From the NCBI GenBank assembly GCA_051313645.2, contig JBNRSN020000026.1:78306001-78370000 (forward strand): a DNA stretch of 64,000 nt. Reading direction: 5' to 3'. Source of the DNA: Centroscyllium fabricii (lineage: Eukaryota). The translations under genes were made by a program, and so were the position numbers. Below the pieces are notes generated by a model, which ran no database searches, was not told the origin of the DNA, and was given only the letters and a program-made list of their open reading frames with translations. Shown here in pieces: positions 39,141 through 51,700 of this stretch; the first letter of the stretch is position 1, and each line of letters starts with the position of its first letter.

Positions 39141-41937
39141 CTGCTCTTGTGGGAGAGAAATTGGTAGACGTGCGCAGAAGCATAGGATTTTAACTGAAAG
39201 ACTGTTTATTTATAATGGCAAAGTCTAAACTGTAAATACTCTGATTTCGCCCACTCTTCTCGCCCCCTCCCCCATAAGTAATATTGTAGATTGCAGTTTT
39301 CGGAAGAGATTGGCAAAGATGAATCCTCGTTTCATCTTTAATCACGCCAAAGCCTCCCCATTTGTCATGTTTACTTGGTGGTACAAAGGATGAACTCTAT
39401 GCCTACGATTACCTCGACAGCAAACGAACACTTTAATAAATGAGGCTCCGTTTCGTCAACCTGGAATGACAAACTGTCTTTTATTCACACAAACAACAAA
39501 CCCACAACAAGAATGTTGAAACAGTCCAGCAAGATGGCCCTTGTGGTTTTAAGCTTGGAGTCATTTTCCAATGGGGTTTACAAAAAAGAAACATTTTGGG
39601 TATTTCCTTTGGAATACAACACTGACATGTACTCCATTTCCTCAGATGTTTTGATCCCAAATATATTTCTTTCGGTGCCAATAAAAATGTATGTAGTTGG
39701 ACTTTAAAAAACGAACGTGTACAAAAAATCATATGTAGGAATAAGTTATGTCAGCAAAGTTATTTAAAGTGGTTATTAAAATGTTGCATGTGACTTGTAC
39801 AGCCACGATTACAGTACTTGCCTCTGGCCTCAGTGTTAACAGAATGTACTTTTCCAGAAAAAAAGTGAAAGTTTAGGTAGATAAACTGTTTTAATTTCTT
39901 CATCACTCTTTATGACATTCCAAACTATCCAGCTTCTTCGTTCGGGCCCACAGGAGTTTGTATTTTCGTTAGCAGTCTATGTCCTTGCATTGTTCTGTAT
40001 GTATTGATTCTCATCCAGACCAAAATACGTGTAAATAGTAATAAGCGAAATAAATTTTTTCAAGGTCTATCTTTTCCTTTGTTTATTTATACCTAGTCTA
40101 CTGGACAAATCCTTGAAGCAATAGGACCTGGTAACATGACTGCAGATTTCTCTAAGCTCATCTATCTGTGTAAGTTGGCCAGGGTGATAACAAAGGACAT
40201 TGGCTTGGTGGAAAGAAATGGCAAAAGGGGTACACCTCAGAGCAAATACAACGCTTATTCTGACATTGTCAGAGGCGTTTACACCTGCTTGTGAATATAG
40301 ATGCATTGCACGGTATTACAACGGAGTAATAACTTTGAAAAATGCTTTTTGTTAATCCAGTATGGTTATCTGTTGTCCCTTGATTGTTTGGCTTCGTTAC
40401 CATGTTCTTTTTTCTCTTTTGCAACCTTTAATCATATAACGTTAAGTCCATTTCTATCATTTATACAGTGCCTCTTAGCATTTTTCCTTTGTGCATGTGT
40501 GTTTGTGTATTAGAAAGGGATTGGACAGTGTAATGGTTCAAGCTTTGACAAGCAAATAGATAATCAAGAAGACAAATGACCTCTTTTGTCAGATGAAGCT
40601 CCGTATTAATTTTAATTTTCTTTCGTACAACACATTGCATATGCAATCTGGGATCAGAAAATGCAGCATATACCAAAAGAAAAGCTAACTGGAGTGTATA
40701 TCAATGCAAAACACAATATTCTAGATTAGGGTGAAACATTGGCTGACTCAAGACTTTAGTTCACTGATGCACGTGTTTTGCTTCAGTCCTGCAATTTAGC
40801 AAATACTGTTGCAAAACTGCATTTTGAAGTCATAACTGAACGATGTGGTAATCCCACCCTACCCCACCCCCATCCCTCAAACATAATCCTTTCAAACGCA
40901 ACCTGCAACACATCATTGATGAGAACACGGTGCAATGTGCCCTTTTCTAATGAATGTTTATAGAGTGTATTTTTCAGCATAAACCCCCAATATATATATG
41001 TACAAGAAATTTCACATATTCAATTGTAACAAAAGAGACACACGAATAAAGTGGGATTTTTTTTTTACGTTTTGCCTTTGGAGACAACAGAAAGATTTAC
41101 AATCTGTTGTTTATGTGAGAAAATCCTCTCTCACCAATGTATACATGTTTTGTCCTCCCCGCCCCCACCCAGGAGATCCCACGAAACTGAACCCATCTGA
41201 AATGCAACCTTGCCAAGTGTAACATTTTCGTTAAGCTATGTAATTCTGAAATATTTTGAGGAGTCATTACTTTGGTTAATAATATAAGAATTATTCATTG
41301 AATCGCCGACAGTGGCTGTTCAGTTTTCTCTATTCATAGACACAGATAACAGGCCAGCCAGCCCTACACCCTCCGCCAGACTGTTGCCAAAGGCTCTGAA
41401 TGCAAGCTATAGAGCTAAAGTTCACAGGCATTATTTGTACCCAGAGAGGTTCTGAAAATGCGAGAATTAACTTGAAATCATTAATCACCGCTCTCTTTAA
41501 ATACTTCTCCCATTGTTGCTCAACAGCAAATCTGGATGGCTCGTCCCGGGGAAAAGTGATGCGCGTCCTGGAGGGTTCTTTAAAAATATGGGCAGAGCGT
41601 GGAATTTCTCAGTCACATCGAAAGATTCCCTCTCAAACATGATTAAAAATCATGAAAATGTTCAGATCGGGAAAACGAAAAACGGTGAAACGAAAGGTAA
41701 CAAACAAAGTCAATCAATTTCGTCACTTTGAATCGCTTTGTTGTTCTTTTAACAATTAAATGTGAACACATACTCGCTGTCTGCAGCCTGGAATACGCAG
41801 TCAATTCATAGACTGGAGAATCTGCTTATAGTTTGTGTTTTGTGCTCCTTACATTTCTGTGGTGTTTTCTTTTAAAACATATATGAATCTTACGGAATAA
41901 AATCAGCGCGTTGGTTGGTCAGCGGGACGGCCGAAAG

Positions 41938-41954
41938 GGTTCACGGAAAGGACA
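41938..41954 (+). promoter_or_regulatory. DR5 RARE 3' of Hoxb4 (early neural enhancer position)
   Basis: GGTTCA cggaa AGGACA, about 2.8 kb after the Hoxb4 stop. Confidence 0.8.
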
Positions 41955-44094
41955 ACTTTTCTATCCGATTAGCTGTTTTTATACTAGCAGTCTGACCTCT
42001 GAAACCCTTGACCTTTAAGACATGACTCTGTTCTATCTGAACATTCTCAATACTAAAGGATAAAAAAAAAACACCAGGGTTACCCCTCGTTCACTCCATT
42101 TAAAATCTGTGCAGCGTTGCTGAAGAGTGTCGGTTCTGTTAGGCTTGTCCTGTGTGCAATCCCTTCCAACTTGCATTAGAAAAGATAGACAATCTTGAAT
42201 GTTTGTGTTGAAATCCCTCTTTTTTAATATTTAGTGATAGGTAAGAGTGGGTTGTGGAATGAGGTTTAGGTATATCTTGCACTTTGCAATCACATCTAAG
42301 GATGGCCTCCAAAAATCCACCTAATGAGAAGAAAAATGGACCATTACTTTGCTCTCAGCCTATCTGTCTTTTCTCTACATTAGAGTCAGTAACATTCAAT
42401 ATGGACTGGCCTTGCAATTATATTCAAACTTTTTTGGTGCATTCATTATTAGAATAGGATTCCATCCTGATTTTTCTATCTTTGAATGTGGGTTATTTAC
42501 GGGCAGTGAGTAGTGGGTAAGAGAGAGAGGGAGGGAGGAATCGTGAGAGAAATTCTGTATGTACAATGTGTTGGGCTTTTTACGCTAGTTTATTATTACC
42601 AAAGTCAAATTGCAAAATTTACACTGACACTCCAGTTGTCACCTTATTGCTACTCCGTGTCTTCCTTGTCTAAGAGTATAAAATAGATATCACTTTTTTT
42701 TACGAATTTAGAAACAATTACCGTGAAATACACGTTCCCGTACCTTTACTAAATTCTCCAGCTCTAATTTATGAAGGCACCCATTGTGCTTCTCTGGGCA
42801 ATAGAAACACTCGTGAATGCAATAATTCACCATGCGGTTTAGAGAAATCTTCGAAATGTGCATTAAAAACAAATAAACGAAAAAATTGCCTTTGTTAGAT
42901 GAGAAGTCCCCACCCCACAATCCTTTCCTTTTTCAAATTATTTGGGTGGCTTTTATAAACAAACATAGTTTATTTTCTTTTTTTTTTAAGCGCCTCTATT
43001 TTTCTAACATCATTTTCGAAAGCAATAAATATGACGGATGAGATGGGTAAGAATATCATTAAATTATATTATTATAAATTTCTGAAATCGGTGGTGTTTT
43101 CTGGCGAGAACAAAGGCTGAGTCCCAGGTAATATTATGGACTACTAGGGATGGATTTTTAAAAAATTGTTACGAAATAATCTCTAGTGCTATTGTCAATA
43201 CACCTACCGCAATTTACATTGCGCTGTAGGAAGCACCCGCAGAGAGAATATCCAAACATGACGAAGTTAGACAGCACTGTGTCAAATTGTTTCTCCGGGC
43301 ATGTTCCTTGCTAAGATTATTGCTTTTTTTCAAAACATTGCTGTTACCAGAACAAACATAACGAGGTTTCCCCCACCCCTATGTGCAGCTCCTTGACCAA
43401 AGCAGCGATTTGCTGTCCCTTAACACAGATTTGTTCCGAATCGCTTTATGTTACAAATGCAAACATTTTTGGATTTGACTTTTTTTAAAGTCTTATTATT
43501 CTGCTAACTGCTCGAGATTTTTTCCGTGACCTTTATGTTGCTGGTAGCGACTGATTACGAGCTTTGTAACTGGAGGAATATAAGTGCCCGCGTGTAAGTG
43601 AAAAGGGAACTTGTTAAAAAAAAATAGTCGCTCCACAGTAATACAAAACCAACCGTGCGACAGAAAATGAGATGAAGGGGAAAATGGACAATATAAAACT
43701 TGGAAATTCAACATAGGAAACAAGCAAACTTGTGGTGAAATGAACCAAGCAGAAGTCTACTACTGTGGCAACGAGCTTCTGGCTCCAATCGTGTAGACTG
43801 CCTCGGCACCACAAAAGATAGACATGTAGGTTGTGAGTCTGAAGAAGCGTTTCAGGATTCAAAGGATGAGACTTAGGAAAGCCCTGATTGCATTGATATA
43901 GTCACACTTCTATTAAGTTCTCGACTTATAGGAAATCATCCGAACCCCACTGTTTAAGCAGAATCGCGAGCAAGGTATGAATACAATTTTGAGAAGCCCC
44001 CAAAAAATGGGGAATGAAGAAGAATATGAAAGAATGTCTCCGCTCTCCCAGTGGAAGGTCACACTTCTCCTTGGAGTATGAATTTGAAATCCCC

Positions 44095-44296
44095 CCTTCC
44101 CCCTCGATCACGTGACTCATTAAATAATTAATGCAGCTGTTGCTGAATAGATATGTATTCGCCGGTAAATCGCCGACATGGTCTCACTGTGTCTGACGTG
44201 AAATTCTACTGTCCTTTTAAAAACAAGCCTATAACTTGAGAGAGAGGCTGGAATAAAACAATTTGGGAAGAGAGACACACCGTGGGCTGGATTATT
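44095..44296 (+). promoter_or_regulatory. CR3-like Hox-responsive element / distal Hoxb3 promoter with non-coding exon ending at a GTAAGT donor (44297)
   Basis: CACGTG then TCATTAAATAATTAAT tandem homeodomain sites; strong downstream donor; position between b4 and b3. Confidence 0.6.
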
Positions 44297-45414
44297 GTAA
44301 GTACAGCTGCAGTGCCTCGTGTCTCTCTATGTAAATATTATGTGTGTTATTTATGTTTTACAAGACTGTCATAACATTTGACAAATAGTGCCTTTCCTTC
44401 TATTTTTCAATTTACCACGGTGGTATGTTTGTTTATTTCCCCATTTTCATTGATATTTTTTTGTGGGAATGTTTTTTTCTTCTTGCTTTCTTGATTTATT
44501 GCGAAATATGTCAGCTGCACTATGGATACCATTGTGTGTAAGTTGTGTGTTGTTTATGTTCGTCCGCGTGATAAATCATGCTCTTTGAGAATGATGTGCA
44601 AGTGATGATATTCAGGAATGAGGAAGGTTGTAATCCTCTCCCCAGAGTTGATTATTGCGGGCCATTTGGAGCAATAGATCAGAGGATAATATGAAAGCTA
44701 TAGCTGGGGGTCTTAAATTACAGCATCCGTGATTACCAATTATGGATAGTTTTGTATGAATTCTTTAAAACACAATGCCTCATTGGAATAAAAACGTAGT
44801 AAAGGAGGCGCTTTGGGTGACCAGAAATGAATTGCAAAACCCAATTTTGAAAATGAGCGAGGACTAACAGACTTCTACAACGCCTCGCTCCTTTTATTCT
44901 GCGGTTGGACGCCAGCCAGTCAAGTTGAAGCCATTAATAGCAGCGTAACATTTAACACCGATCGTTAGTGCAAACCTTTATGTAGTAAAATTAGAATAAC
45001 TCAGTGATTGGCATTAAATATTAATGGTTGCAGCAGGCAAGGAACATCAGTATTGAAACACGCGTGCCTCTGAAAATACCATTACCTGTCAACTGAATGG
45101 CAGTCTTTTGCTTATTGAAGGATATTTAATGGTCGTTTTTAATTATGATTATCTGAAGTGTTTTTAAGTGTTTGTTTTGATAATTACACAGGGCTTCTTT
45201 GAAGTTATCAGTGGTATCTTGTGTCTGTTAGCTCAACAAAGATGAAAAAAACCTCAAATGCTTATTAACCATTTCATTGTTTAATGTACAATATGCAGAA
45301 GTCAATGGCAGGCAATATTATTTGAGAACTAACCACAAGTACATTGAACAAATTGAGAGTTTGCTATTTTATATTATAACTATACCGTACCTGCCTTTGT
45401 CCTTCACTATTTGA

Positions 45415-45467
45415 TATATATATATATTGCATGTAGTCATATATATATATATGTATTATATATATAT
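45415..45467. repeat. Imperfect (TA)n
   Basis: Direct reading. Confidence 0.85.
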
Positions 45468-48400
45468 GTTACTTTAAGTAAAGCTAGACAGTCATTGAAC
45501 GGAATGACAAAGTCTATATTTGCTTTTAACAAATTGTGCTACATAATCTGTTTCCCTCACTCACTGAATAGCAGTTATGTGCTTGTAAATGAGAAAAAAA
45601 ACAATGAAAACTCGGAGTTGCTCTATGATTGACAGGCCTTCGGGATGTCGATTTTCTTCATTTGCCAAAAAAAGGCTCGTGAGAAAAGAGAAAGGGAAGG
45701 CAGTAGTAAATCGATATCAGAACACAATTGGATATTGCTTAGCTTCCAAAGCAAAGATGTGTAAATTTCTTTGCAAGTCTGACCCTGGATTCAATTGAGG
45801 CTTTATTAATTGATAACTCCCAGCACCAAAATGGAAAAATAATGTGACTCGATGCCCTCAACACACATGAATCATTCTCAGTAGCATTGCATTCGTTCAG
45901 AGGCGCTGATAGCAATATGTAATTTTTTCCCAGAAATAATTTATGCCACGGAAAGGCGAATTACACTCTTATATTCTGAAAATGTTAAGGCTTAAAGGCT
46001 GTTTGTTCTGTCCGTAGAATTTACAGCCCCCTCTTTAAATACGGTAACTACTTTAAAAACAACCCTGACAATGCCTCGCTGATTCACTCAGCCAAAAGCC
46101 CCTCCTAAAGGCTTTGTTCCTTCGCCTCTCTTTAACGAGCGCTTCACTGACTTCTATAGAAAGCAAAACATAAAGACTGGGGTTAATATATTTTAAAACT
46201 GGAAAGACGCTGATGACACCGTACTACTGAACGAAACCGCGCTGTTGTGTTGAACAATATTTTGTATATTATTCCTTTCAGTTCATGTTGAAATGTATAT
46301 CAAATTATCTACTAATTTTTCTCTCCTGCAGATCACATTCCACTACATGAAAGAGCAACAACATTGCGCGAACACGAAGGAAAATTGCTCAAGTTTTGTG
46401 ATTTCTGGACTCTTTTCACCATAATATTTCTCTCGCTCTCTCGGTCCATCAGCTGACAGAATTAACTTTGTGAACGAGTCTAAGATTTATTTGTGGTGTT
46501 TCATTTCAGAATTGCTTTGCTCTCTCCCTTATTTACATCGTCCTTGGCGTTGATATCCTTCAAACTGGGCAGATATACTTTAAATAAAATCCTTTTAACG
46601 GGATGATAATGCATTGCGGGTTGCGAGGAAACAATCCTACGTACACTCGAGAGTAACCGTTGCTCTCATAAGATGGCTATTTAATGCACAGGTAATTAAA
46701 GGCCTCATAATAAATCATGTCTCTTCCCCCTGTTAATATATTTTGCTGGGCCGTGCATGGCTATTTCAAATTGATGGAAAATTACGACCTTTTTTTTCCT
46801 TGAGAACCCTACCATAACATATCTGGGCACCTTGCAGAAGAGTGGGCGAGGGTGAAATCACGTTTATATGTCCTAATATTTGAACGGTGATAAGAACCAC
46901 AATAAAGTATACACCGCTACAATGTATAAACAAATAGCCCTTTAAAATGGACCAGATGGCGTAATAATACATAATTTGTTCATACATAGAAGGGCAAGAT
47001 TGTAAAAAGCATTTAATGGAAAATTAATGTTCAGAATGGATCAAACACACACGATAAGGTCACAAATACAATGCTACAAACAGGCCATATTTCTGTTCTG
47101 GTAATCTTTTGTAAATTAAAATTTGTAAACATTGACAAAGATAGCCCAGATAAGTAAAATCGCGGTTAATGTGAGTTTACATGTTCAATGCAAATGCACA
47201 TATTTTCTTAAAGAAAATAATATATAATTGAACGATCAGCACTGTAGGTAGGTATGCAGTGTTCCTGACTTTGCAACTCATGGCGTTTCAACGCCTCTCA
47301 ACAAACGATCAAATTAGCTCCAGTAAAGACAAGGTAATAAATTATATTGCTGCTGCTCCCTGCTCCCAGACTGGCTATCAGAAAAGTGAAAATGCAATAA
47401 CTCTAACCTCTGACCTTTCACTGATAATACAAAACGAAACTAATTTTGAGGCGCTATTCACTTGAAGGCTCCAACGGTATATAGTTCTGTTTTAATAGTG
47501 ATGATGATTTTTGATTGTTATTATTGGGGGGAGGGGCGTTCAATGAGGGCTTCAAATCGCCGAGAAGCTAGTATTTCTGATGCCAAATTTCCCATGTTTT
47601 CCCCATTCCTTTGTGTTGAAATGCGGTCGGTCTCTAAGGAGCAATTGTCCGAAATTGTTGCAATTGTAAGAACAAAAATAGGATAAGGTGGTGCCCTGTT
47701 CGCACTCCGTAGAGGTTTGAGGTTTATTTGCTTGAAAGTAATGACTGTAATCATTTTTTAAATCACATTGACATTGTTAGGAAATTGATATAGTGCGACT
47801 GTATCATTGTGCTCAGGAACTAACATTGCCTCTATTTAACTCTCTCTCTCTCGTTGTTGCTTCCCCTCTGTATCTTCCTCTCTATTTGTCGCTCTCCCAT
47901 TCTCTCTCTTTCTATATCTCTTTTATTCACTCTCGTCCGCTGCTATATATCACAGCATATTTAATTGGCGTGGTCGGTATTTAAAGGCAGGAGTCCTGCT
48001 ACTGTTGCTCTGCCAACCCTGAGCTTATATGGCAGTCATTTCCAACATCCATCGACCAGGCCAGCTCCAATTGGACACGTTAACTCACATCGTTATTTTG
48101 TGTTCCATTTAACATTCTGCCGTAATCGTTTGGCCTCCATTGGCAATCTTTAAATCATGTTGGATTTGTAATAATACAATGTTTTTATTGGAGTTCGTTT
48201 TGAACAACATATCCAGAATTAAGCTTCTGAAATAACCAAACTGCTCGCGTTTTTCCTGATGGTCCGTTCAGGCAGAGGCCTAGTTGTGCAACGACTGTAT
48301 AGAACTTCCCAGTACTGCTGCTGTTTGAATTCATTCCTGTCAGGCGAACCCATGCTTCTTTCGATGATACTCTCGAGATTTTCCAGAATACATTAAAAAA

Positions 48401-48732
48401 AAATCTACCAGGGTCCAATAAACATTTTTCCTCCCGTGGGGGCGGGGGGGGAGCGGGTAGAGCTGAGCTCCACCACCTGTGATGAAATAGCAAATTCAGT
48501 GATCTTTTTCCAGGTTCCATTGCAATGATCCAACAGGTAAGGGAACCACGGAAACTGCAGTTTAAACATCCCCCCCTCCACCTCCTTGCAACTCGCCATG
48601 AATTCCAGGCTTGATATAATTAATGGCCCATAGTTTGACCTGAGAGAGAGGTCCCCGGTTGGTTTCCGTGAACTATTGCTGACTTTTTTGTGTGTAACGG
48701 ATTGAGACAGACGTGGCCTCTCGCACCAACCG

Positions 48733-48786
48733 CCCCCCCCCCGCCCCAACCCTCGCCGCCCCCCCCCCCCCCCCCCCACACACACA
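48733..48786. repeat. C-rich tracts plus (CA)n; G-quadruplex potential on the minus strand
   Basis: Several C runs including one of about 19 C. Confidence 0.85.
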
Positions 48787-51700
48787 CCAATAATAGTGCT
48801 TTTTTTGCAGAAGGCGGTGAGGAATACTTCAGGAAACTCTTTTCCTCCTCAAACTTCCGAAAGATCTTACAAACAGTTAAACGTTTGGTTTGGGTCTACC
48901 TTTGATGGCTGTTGACACCTCCGAGTTCGTGGAAGAAGCTTCAAACGCATTTTTATATCGGGTGTTATCCTCCAGATGAATGTGCACATGATTTATGACC
49001 CGGGCAAACAATGTTTACCTATTGTACTCGCCACTTTTTAAGTTCCCGAACTAAAGTCCCCTCAACTGTTGGCCGGCCTTAAAGTTCTTCAACTCAATCT
49101 CTTGGCCTTTTAATTGAAAACATTGAGAGAGAAAATGTGTCTCTTTTAACTTTCAAGAATTGTTTCATCTCCACTTTTATTCCATCTGAAGGTGATTTCT
49201 GTTTTACTAAACACTGCGGAGAATATAACTAGTATTTTAGCCTACAGCAGAGTGACTTACTATCACTGGGAAAGCGTGCGCCCCCTTAAAATAGCAGCAG
49301 AACATGCTGGACCATTCGCTCATTTATGGAAGTACAACGTTTTGTTAAACGGAAAAGGTTTTAATAGGCTTCCATTTCCTTAGGCATCTGTAGCCAGATA
49401 GACGACCCGCGATAACGTGGCTTTTGATGTTCGCAGAAAATTGCTTTCCATTAAATTCCTCTCTCCCCCCTTTTTTAACAAATCATTTTACGTGCTGCGG
49501 ACAGCCTCCAGCCAGAGGAAAATGCAGTAAGTGTTTGGTATGCCGAGGAAGATAGTTTGAACTGCAGGCGTCAGAATGGATCTAGAAATAATCAAATTGA
49601 ATTTTATCGTTCTTGGCACACAAGCAGAACTAACTGTTTTACAGCATAGGGCTCTTTTTATGGGTGATAATATGCAGCAATCTGCAAAACTCGAGTCATC
49701 TTGTTTCCTCGATACCTTTTTTTCTTGTTGACAGCCAAAACAATCTAAGCCATTTAGAGATTCTTACGTTCAAGCCGAAATGTTCTTTATACGTGCTGGG
49801 CTGCACAGCATTTGTTAAAAGGGCAGTGGCATTAAAACGCTTGTTTTTACTCTTATTAAAAATTAACTCTTTCCTGTTGCACAGCCTATCCTGGTGCATT
49901 ATCTAGCAAGTTAAGCGAGGTGTTTGTCACTGCAATTCCGCTCAGCTTCGCAGATCAAAGGCCCTCTGTTCCTAGTTGTACAGTAACCCTATTGATCTCT
50001 CTCTGACTCATGCCAGGCATTCTCAACCCCCCCAAAACTGCGCTCTCGTTAATTTAAATCAATATCTTTATTTATTTTAGTGTGTTATTTTTAGGTTTCC
50101 CTTAATTTCTCAGCCGTTTGAAAAGTAAAATGAAGAGCAGGGGTACAAGGCAAGTTGCTGAGCACAAAGCGCTCCATAGCACGTCACTGTGTTGCAGGTC
50201 AAGTGTCACATTGAACACAAGTTATGCATTAATAGGTCAGATGAGAAGGTACATTTGGAAACGCGCCAGTGTACATTATGCCACACGTTTTGCACGGCTG
50301 GCATTCACTATTATAGTAAAAAATTATTTTAATATGGAAAAACGCATTATCTAATGAAGGCGACATTTTGTTTTACATTTTAACACTCCGGCCTAACATA
50401 AGACGCCTGAACACATTCCGATGGGTGCATAGCGCACCAACACATTGCAATTTGATGAATAGTTGTTGTTTGAAATCACAATTCAAGCGACACCTAAATA
50501 AAAGATTCAAACTAGTAAGCATGGTGCAATATATATACGCATATATTACATGTTTTACGACGGTTCCATAAATTATGATGTGAATTATGCTATAAAAAAA
50601 ATGTTTATATGTAGCTTACAGTAAATATACCGAGTATGAACATAAAGTACTTCCTTAAATCAGAGACATGCTGTTAATTTTACTATCGGATCTATGACCG
50701 CATTGCTAAAGGACGTGCACTGCTGTGAACTAATCCTTTGCTTGTTAAGAATAAATAAGGCGTTTAATTTTGGAGTCACCCAGTTCTTTGAAAGGCTGTG
50801 CGTGGGTGTAAAACCAAGCCCACTATCACAGGCGTTTTACAGAGCAGAGTGGGGAGACCACAGGTTATCAGTGCTGATCCAAAACAGGCGTCCCAGCAAC
50901 GCTTGTCTTCTCAAAATTCAAACTGCTGGTTTGCCTTAACAGAGAAAGCTGGAGAGGGGGGGAAAAAGCAACAAAAAAAAGTTACTCAAACTTCATTCTG
51001 TCCCTGTCCTGGATTTCTTGGAAAAAGCTAATTATATCATTTTGGGGTTTAATAAAAAAACAACCTACCTTTGCAAACAGCTTCTACCGAAATAAGATTG
51101 TAGAGTATCTCTCGTCATCCGCTATAAAGAGAGAAGTTTCTGAAATGCGTGAAGCTGTAAGTTTCAGCGATCCAACACTAAAAAAATGAAGAGTTCAATT
51201 AACAATTGCTAAAGTCTGTATAAAATGGGGAAACGTTGACGTACTGACCACGTGAATGCATAATCCAAGCGTATTACTCTGGCATTTGGGTGGAAGGCCT
51301 TCGCCTGTGTCTCCGGGCTGTGATCACCCAGTCAGTACTCAGATTATTTACAGAAGGCCATTTAAAAAACAAATCGGGTCAGGGGGAAGAGGTGCGTGCC
51401 GTCCAATATCTCTTATAAAAGGATTATATGCGATCGCAGAGAAAGCCCGGAATAGTGGGACGGATTGTTATTTTGGAGTCATTTCAAACCGCCCCGTTGA
51501 TTGATCATTAATGTGGTGAGTTATTACTATTCAAGGAAAGGTCATTCAGAGAGAGGCTTATATCTGTCACAATGAGCCAAGACATATTTTATTTCTTTTC
51601 CTTTAGTTTTTTTATCCACTTAGTCCAACTGCAAATGTTTAAATGTCCTCCTGATACTCAAAGACTGTAAATTAGTTCAAGGGGAGAACGATACTCGCTG

